Shown piece by piece: positions 26,518-32,000 of a stretch of DNA of 32,000 bases. The translations under genes and the position numbers were made by a program. The notes beneath the pieces are model-generated. The model made no database searches. It had not been told where the DNA came from and was given only the letters and a program-made list of their open reading frames with translations. Position 1 is the first letter of the stretch; every line of letters begins with the position of its first letter. The stretch is from Candidatus Heimdallarchaeota archaeon B3_Heim (lineage in GTDB: Archaea; Asgardarchaeota; Heimdallarchaeia; Hodarchaeales; Hodarchaeaceae): contig NJBF01000008.1 of the NCBI GenBank assembly GCA_003144275.1, positions 30,001 through 62,000 of the forward strand, given 5' to 3'.

Positions 26518-27348
26518 ATGGCAATTCTTCAATTTATTTGGGAACCTATAATAACAGACCCTATTCAAGCTGTATTAGCAGTAGCTTTTTCCTTTTTTGT
26601 TGGAATAATCTCTTCTGCATTGGGTGTTGGTGGAGGTTTTATTACTACTCCATCTTTATTCATTATGGGTATTGATGAAGCTTACGCTGTTGGTACTGCA
26701 CTATTCATGATAATTTTCACTGCATTATCTTCCACATTTGCATATTCTCGTCAGAAAGGATTAATTGAATTTCGATCTGGCTTTTTAATAGCGACTACAA
26801 CGATAATAGGATCGGTTTCAGGTAGTATTACAAGCTCCATATTAGCGGTTGAAGATCCACAGCTATTCCGTATTGTTTTTGCCGTGTGTCTAATTCCTAT
26901 AGCTATTAAAATGATTTTTTACCCAAAAGAAAGACGAACAAAACCATTTGCTGAAGAAGAAATTGAACACGATAATATAATATGGTATGGATTTGAAAAA
27001 CGTGAGATATATTCAACAGCATTCGGTCTCATTGCAGGATTTTCGTCGGGATTATTAGGCATTGGTGGGGGAGTTGTAATGGTTCCTATACTTGTCACAG
27101 TTGGCAAAATACCTATGCATAAAGCAGTAGCAACTTCAATGTTCATTATGATCTTTACAAGTATCGCTGGAGCAGGAGTAAAATTCACCCAAGGACAAGC
27201 ACATCCCGATTTAGCACTTTTTCTCGTTATAGGTATTGTTCTAGGAGCACAAATCGGTGCTAGACTTGTGAAACGAGTTAATACAATTCATTTACAGCGA
27301 GTATTCGGATTTATGATGATTATTGCTCTTATTTCCATAGTTCTCTAA
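26518..27348 (+). CDS. TSUP (TauE/SafE) family transporter
   Basis: Duplicated motif GVGGGFI..P / GIGGGVVMVP, AVGTAL / AVATSM; about 8 TM segments. Confidence 0.92.
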   Translation: MAILQFIWEPIITDPIQAVLAVAFSFFVGIISSALGVGGGFITTPSLFIMGIDEAYAVGTALFMIIFTALSSTFAYSRQKGLIEFRSGFLIATTTIIGSVSGSITSSILAVEDPQLFRIVFAVCLIPIAIKMIFYPKERRTKPFAEEEIEHDNIIWYGFEKREIYSTAFGLIAGFSSGLLGIGGGVVMVPILVTVGKIPMHKAVATSMFIMIFTSIAGAGVKFTQGQAHPDLALFLVIGIVLGAQIGARLVKRVNTIHLQRVFGFMMIIALISIVL

Positions 27349-27581
27349 GACTCACTATTCATTCACTTGGAATTATGTGAATAAACACTACACAAAGGGA
27401 ATATAATCCAATTCTTGAAGTTTTAAAAGCCTATGAATATAAAGCTTGATTGTATTGATTATATGGGATCAGCATTAATCAGTCTGTAGTCAAGTGTATT
27501 AGACTGTGATAAGCTTTTCGAGTATCCAAACAAGTATAGTTAATTAAAACCATACAATTCTTCCAACGCTAGGTGCTAATG

Positions 27582-27968
27582 ATGAAGGGTGACTCTATTC
27601 TAGTTGTAGATGATGAAGAGGATACTGTAGAATTAGCGAGAATGGTTTTAGAATTTGAGGGTTATCGTGTATTTTCCGCTAACAACGGACAAGAAGCAAT
27701 AGATTTCCTAAAAACTCAAGATGAAAAACCGAACTTAGTTCTACTAGATGTCCTCATGCCGAAAATGGATGGATTAAAAGTGTGTAAATGGATTAAAGAA
27801 AATCCACACCTCAAAGAAATCCCAGTTCTCTTATTTACTGCTAAAGTTGGGAATAAGGATCGTATTGCAGGGGAAAAAGTTGGTGCAGATGCTTACATTG
27901 CTAAACCATTTAGTGCTGATGATCTACTAGGCTTAATTCAAACACATATTGATAAAACAAGATCATAA
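27582..27968 (+). CDS. Single-domain CheY-like response regulator
   Basis: ILVVDDE, phospho-acceptor LLDVLMP..DG, TA, AKPF. Start is ATG 27582 or 27579 (AGGTG at 27571-27575). Confidence 0.95.
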   Translation: MKGDSILVVDDEEDTVELARMVLEFEGYRVFSANNGQEAIDFLKTQDEKPNLVLLDVLMPKMDGLKVCKWIKENPHLKEIPVLLFTAKVGNKDRIAGEKVGADAYIAKPFSADDLLGLIQTHIDKTRS

Positions 27969-27985
27969 TTTGAAATTTTTATAGA

Positions 27986-28309
27986 TTATTCAATGCTTTC
28001 TAAGTAGAGGGCAGCAGAGGGAAATAACTTTGTTATTTGCTGATTAAATTCTGCGGTTCGGTTTTTCACATTAATTGACACTTGAATATTCCCATCATTA
28101 TGGGTAAAAAAAAGATGGATCAATATATTTGGAGGGTGTTTTTCTTCTAAATATCGAAATGAGAACTTGTTAACTAATTGGTGATTTAAAATTTTCAAAA
28201 ATTCTTCTTCAGTGAAACTTAGAAATATGGTGTTTGGGGTTTGTTGATGGCCGTCTAAAAGTTGAACATCATCAGGCAAAAACTCTAGGAATGAATCCAA
28301 AGTTGTCAT
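27986..28309 (-). CDS. Small protein resembling a truncated NuoC/EchD-type subunit
   Basis: IHLFFTH..ISINVK..QITKLFPSAALY parallels the NuoC pattern YHF..SI..L(F/Y)PAA.WYERE, but ERE..MFG is absent. ATG directly abuts the FAH stop. Confidence 0.45.
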   Translation of the reverse strand: MTTLDSFLEFLPDDVQLLDGHQQTPNTIFLSFTEEEFLKILNHQLVNKFSFRYLEEKHPPNILIHLFFTHNDGNIQVSINVKNRTAEFNQQITKLFPSAALYLESIE

Positions 28310-29104
28310 TTAATCAACTCCGACTGTAAGAGTTCCAATTTTCTCAATTGAAGCTTGTAAAAAATCTCCACGATCAAACTTAGCAACTCCTTCTGGGGTG
28401 CCAGTTGCAATTATGTCCCCTGGTTCCAGTGTAAGAATGGTACTACAATATTCGATTATTTGGTCAATTTTATGGAGCATATCTCTTGTATTTCCATCCT
28501 GACGCACTTCATCATTCACCTTGAGCCTAATAGAAAGTGAATGTGGATTTGGAATTTCATCAGGTGTTACAATCATCGGTCCTATAGGACAAAATGTATC
28601 AAAACCCTTTGCGATAAACCAAGGATGGCCTTTTTCCTTTGCTTTCGACTGGATATCTCGTGCGGTGATATCCAATAGTATTGTATAACCAAAAACGTGT
28701 TTAAGAGCTTGTTCCTTAGAAATGTTCTTACCACCTTTTCCGATAACTATTGCCAATTCAACTTCATGATGGACTTCTTGTGTTTGCTGCGGAATGATAA
28801 TCCTGTCACTTGGACCTATTACAGAGGAAGGTGGTTTTAAAAATAAAGGGGGGAATGGAGGTAGTTTTGCAGGATGGATACCCATTTCTAGAGCGTGAGC
28901 AGAATAATTCTTAGCCAGGCATACGATTTTTGGTGGAATAATTGGTAGCTGCAGGTCAGGGATATCGGTCAATGTTATGCTCCCCGTACTCTCAAATAGT
29001 GACGGATCAGTAATGAATGGAAATATACTGCCCATAGTTGGAAATTTCTTTATCTCATGGTTATTAGACGCTACCACCGATCCTTGACTCATTCCAATCT
29101 TCAT
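28310..29104 (-). CDS. Fumarylacetoacetate hydrolase family protein (FAHD1/YcgM-like)
   Basis: IVCLAKNY..H, FLKP, HHEVELA, DITARD.Q, KGFDTFCPIGP, GDIIATGTP.GV. Confidence 0.95.
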   Translation of the reverse strand: MKIGMSQGSVVASNNHEIKKFPTMGSIFPFITDPSLFESTGSITLTDIPDLQLPIIPPKIVCLAKNYSAHALEMGIHPAKLPPFPPLFLKPPSSVIGPSDRIIIPQQTQEVHHEVELAIVIGKGGKNISKEQALKHVFGYTILLDITARDIQSKAKEKGHPWFIAKGFDTFCPIGPMIVTPDEIPNPHSLSIRLKVNDEVRQDGNTRDMLHKIDQIIEYCSTILTLEPGDIIATGTPEGVAKFDRGDFLQASIEKIGTLTVGVD

Positions 29105-29334
29105 TAAATTCCCTTCTCTTATTTTTCCGATGAATTAAAGAAAGTCTGCATACACTTTTCTGAGAATGAAAGACAGGAATTTAATCTTATCTCTCTAATA
29201 TCTTTCATATCCAGATTAGATATTGTAATTTCCTCGTTTTTTCGGGAAAATAATACAAGAATTCAATTAAACAGGTTCTATATCTAGGGTATTGAATATG
29301 ATTTTCTAAATGACTTATTGATTGAGGCTGAAAG

Positions 29335-30261
29335 ATGAAAGTTCTTGTCACTGGGGGAGCTGGTTTTGTAGGAAGCCATCTGATAGAAGAGCTACTAGTT
29401 CAAGGTCACGAAGTTGTTTGTTTAGACAATTTTACCTCTGGAAAGAGAATAAATCTCGAACCCTTTAAAGAAAAGATCACACTTATTGAAGGGGATATAT
29501 TAAATCTTAAGGATGTGCAAGCAGCTCTTGAAGATGTAGAATCAGTTTATCATTTAGCAGCTCAAATTTCTGTAACCCAATCTGTGCGCAATCCCCTCCA
29601 TGATGCCTCAATAAATATCAATGGGTTCATCAATATATTAAATACGATCCTAGAAAGTTCAGTGAAACGGGTTGTATATGTTTCCACAGGGGGAGCAATT
29701 TATGGGGAACCTCTTCACATACCCGCGTCAGAAACAACTCCTGAAGAACCCATTTCTCCCTACGGGTTGAGTAAGTTGGTAGGTGAAAAATATCTGAAAT
29801 GGTTCAACGCTACTCATGGCCTTTCATATGCGATTATTAGACCAGCCAATATCTATGGACCCAGACAAGATCCATTGGGAGAAGCAGGAGTAATTTCAAT
29901 TTATTTAGGAAGAATGTTGAACAAAAAACCCCTGGAGATATTTGGTGATGGATCTGACACTCGAGATTATGTGTACGTCAAAGATATAGCAGCTATCTGT
30001 ACAACCGCTATGGCCTCCAACGTCGATGATACTTACAATGCTGGAACAGGGATTCAAACAAGTTTGAATGAATTAGTAGAAATAATCGGAGAAGTCACTA
30101 CACTTCCTATAAAGAAGGTGTTCAAACCTCCAAGACCAGGAGACGTCAAAAAAATTGCTTTAGATATCACTAAGGCAAAAAAAATTCTCAAATGGACACC
30201 ACAGACAACATTTAACACAGGTATTCAAAATACATGGGATTGGTTCAAAAATACACACTAG
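29335..30261 (+). CDS. galE: NAD-dependent epimerase/dehydratase (UDP-glucose 4-epimerase-like)
   Basis: VTGGAGFVG, HLAAQ, STGGAIYG, SPYGLSK, R.ANIYGPRQ, GDG..TRDYVYV.D. Confidence 0.85.
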   Translation: MKVLVTGGAGFVGSHLIEELLVQGHEVVCLDNFTSGKRINLEPFKEKITLIEGDILNLKDVQAALEDVESVYHLAAQISVTQSVRNPLHDASININGFINILNTILESSVKRVVYVSTGGAIYGEPLHIPASETTPEEPISPYGLSKLVGEKYLKWFNATHGLSYAIIRPANIYGPRQDPLGEAGVISIYLGRMLNKKPLEIFGDGSDTRDYVYVKDIAAICTTAMASNVDDTYNAGTGIQTSLNELVEIIGEVTTLPIKKVFKPPRPGDVKKIALDITKAKKILKWTPQTTFNTGIQNTWDWFKNTH

Positions 30262-31265
30262 CTTTCAATCAGGGTATTTATAAACGTCATTTTATCTTCC
30301 AACCATTCCTCATTGATTTCTGTTCCACCAAACCAAGTCCAGAAAGATGCAACTACCCATGGATCTAATTTCACGTCTAATCTTGGACTCTGTGCCACTA
30401 GAAAGAAGGCCTGCCAAAGTTCTCCGACTGCAGTTTCAAATAGTCGACTTGCTACGGAAACGGTTTTCCCGTTGTTTCTGATATCCATACTCTGGTTAAG
30501 TCGAAGCTCTGACTCATTTATTGATACAAAAGCTGATAAAATCCACATTTCACGATCAGTACGCAAATGTTGTTGGAATAACCGATCAGCTAGAAGCTCT
30601 AATTCTTGACGTGCATTAGATAACCTCGCAGGATTAAAGTGAGAAATCCGTAAGAGCTGGTTAAAAAAATCATATAGATTCAAATCAGCATTTCTTAAAG
30701 AATCAAGTAAAAAAGGGGCGGTTCCTAATCCAAACGCGTTTTGGTTCATTAAAGGAATACATATGGCTTCCTCCGCTGCTTTAATTAGCCAGATATATGC
30801 ATCTGCAATCATATCTTCCTGAATTCGATTTTTTACTCGCCCTAAAAGCATCCTAGCTGTTTGCCTTTTCAAATCAATTACTTCTGGTTGCCATTCAACA
30901 TGTTCAGCTTGAGATTTCCAGTCATCCAATTTCCCCCGAGGGTCGTATATTATGTCACTGGATTGTAAAAGTCTCATAACTGTTGCAACTTGCCAATAGG
31001 GAACATTTTTGCCCTTAAGGACGTCTTCGAAAAATCCTCGTGGGGATAGTGTTAGTTTTACTTCAATATCGGAGAAGTCCTCTAAGTCTGTTAAAGTAGT
31101 CTCTTTTAAATCACGAGTTTTTTCTCTAATAGCCCAAAAGACGATTCTCGAATCTAAATTGTCGTATTGATCATGGATTAAAAATCTTCCAAGTTCCTGA
31201 TCCTCTGTTGTTATCCTTGTAAGTAAAATTTCGATAATTTGATTAATAATCTGCTGATCTACCAA
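30258..31265 (-). CDS. Hypothetical protein, possible degenerate nucleotidyltransferase fold plus helical domain
   Basis: 335-aa ORF; IIYDPRG motif at the domain junction as in Pol-beta-type NTase families, but no GS..DxD catalytic motif seen. Confidence 0.55.
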   Translation of the reverse strand: MVDQQIINQIIEILLTRITTEDQELGRFLIHDQYDNLDSRIVFWAIREKTRDLKETTLTDLEDFSDIEVKLTLSPRGFFEDVLKGKNVPYWQVATVMRLLQSSDIIYDPRGKLDDWKSQAEHVEWQPEVIDLKRQTARMLLGRVKNRIQEDMIADAYIWLIKAAEEAICIPLMNQNAFGLGTAPFLLDSLRNADLNLYDFFNQLLRISHFNPARLSNARQELELLADRLFQQHLRTDREMWILSAFVSINESELRLNQSMDIRNNGKTVSVASRLFETAVGELWQAFFLVAQSPRLDVKLDPWVVASFWTWFGGTEINEEWLEDKMTFINTLIES

Positions 31266-31387
31266 TAATTCATCTCCAAATCATTATGGACTACCTATAG
31301 GAATCCTCTTTCAATCACTTATTCGATTCCGAATTCTTTTAAAAAATCTCTTACCTTTATACTAATCGACAAATATAGGTGTATTCT

Positions 31388-32000
31388 ATGTCCAAGGTCC
31401 ATTTGAGTCAAATATTGTTATTCTTATTATGTTCCCCAATTACACTGATTGTCGGTCAATCATTTATTACTGAAACTGCATCTATTCCCGCTCAAGAGGC
31501 ACTTCCCGAGAGGATAAAGGTAGATATAACATTAAATGTCTTAGTTGTCTTAATGGAGCTTTCTGACGATCCACACCATGAAACTCACACTGTTCAACAT
31601 TTTACTGATTTATTTTTTTCTAATGAATCCTTTAGTATTCGTCAATATTATATAAATTCATCTTATGGCTCAGTGGATTTATCTGGAGATGTACTTGGAT
31701 GGTTTCAGGCAGTAGAGCCTCTTTCTTATTATGGTGGGGGTACACGTATGCCTCCTGGTCAGGACACAAATCCAGATTTACTTGCAGGGGAAGCATATGA
31801 ACAAGCCTTGGATGTTGGTAAAGACCCCCTAAGTTACGATTTATTTGTAGTAATTCATTCGGGAGATGGTCAAGAATACTCGGGAAATTCAAATGACATT
31901 TGGTCGCATCAATGGGGGGTATCCACAGACTCTGGTTGGGTAGCTTATTCTATGAACCATGAATATGTGGATTATAGCACTCCTTCTCATGAGCTAGGAC
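31388..32000 (+). CDS. Secreted M6 (immune inhibitor A-like) metalloprotease, partial; absent from the ORF track
   Basis: Hand translation from ATG 31388 stays open to the window edge: signal peptide, SIRQYY..SSYG, VIHSGDGQE..DIWSH, ending HELG (start of the HExxH zinc motif). SD-like AGGTG upstream. Confidence 0.9.
   Translation, partial: MSKVHLSQILLFLLCSPITLIVGQSFITETASIPAQEALPERIKVDITLNVLVVLMELSDDPHHETHTVQHFTDLFFSNESFSIRQYYINSSYGSVDLSGDVLGWFQAVEPLSYYGGGTRMPPGQDTNPDLLAGEAYEQALDVGKDPLSYDLFVVIHSGDGQEYSGNSNDIWSHQWGVSTDSGWVAYSMNHEYVDYSTPSHELG

Noticed and set aside
27480-27506. Inverted repeat CAGTCT..AGACTG upstream of the response regulator
   Set aside because: Only 6 bp with a 15-nt spacer; expected by chance.
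27579-27628. Two ATGATGA words mimicking a second C/D RNA
   Set aside because: Explained by coding (Met-Met and the VDDE motif); the D-box positions read CTAG and CTGT.
724-31892. Short alternative-frame ORFs in the track (for example 724-1035, 4471-4671, 4615-4851, 6758-6961, 7793-7984, 10491-10682, 12794-13069, 13217-13504, 14343-14579, 14689-15000, 15214-15426, 15694-15924, 17408-17662, 21449-21679, 23787-24029, 25679-25981, 26919-27188, 30313-30609, 31632-31892)
   Set aside because: Nearly all overlap well-supported genes antisense or out of frame, have shadow-like composition, and show no motifs or SD sites.
1-32000. tRNA/rRNA genes, CRISPR arrays, IS elements, integrases, long tandem repeats
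   Set aside because: None seen by eye in the intergenic gaps; tRNAscan-SE and Infernal would be needed to exclude divergent RNAs.

Overview
AT-rich, gene-dense archaeal DNA, most likely from an Asgard archaeon (Heimdallarchaeia/Hodarchaeales-like; inferred from gene content, not a search). Supporting evidence: GGTGA/GGAG Shine-Dalgarno sites, the archaea-specific CoA route (pantoate kinase plus phosphopantothenate synthetase), isopentenyl phosphate kinase, a Rab-like GTPase, and longin/roadblock-like domains. About 33 CDSs, including a five-gene coaBC-panE-pok-pps-panB operon, two M42 aminopeptidases, an XPF/ERCC4 nuclease and a TtuA/Ncs6 tRNA thiolase. Best leads: (1) an unannotated box C/D guide RNA at 1575-1642 whose D' guide predicts 2'-O-methylation of SSU rRNA U531, the site matching yeast Um578 and human Um627; (2) a Rab-like GTPase paired with a longin+roadblock protein; (3) an MFS transporter fused to a longin-like domain, heading an operon with two of three membrane-anchored hexapeptide acyltransferase paralogs; (4) an isopentenyl phosphate kinase fused to a metallo-beta-lactamase-fold hydrolase; (5) a HEAT-repeat protein with a UFL1-like tandem winged-helix array next to XPF. 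I saw no tRNA, rRNA, CRISPR array, transposase or integrase. All protein assignments come from motif recognition by eye; no database searches were run.
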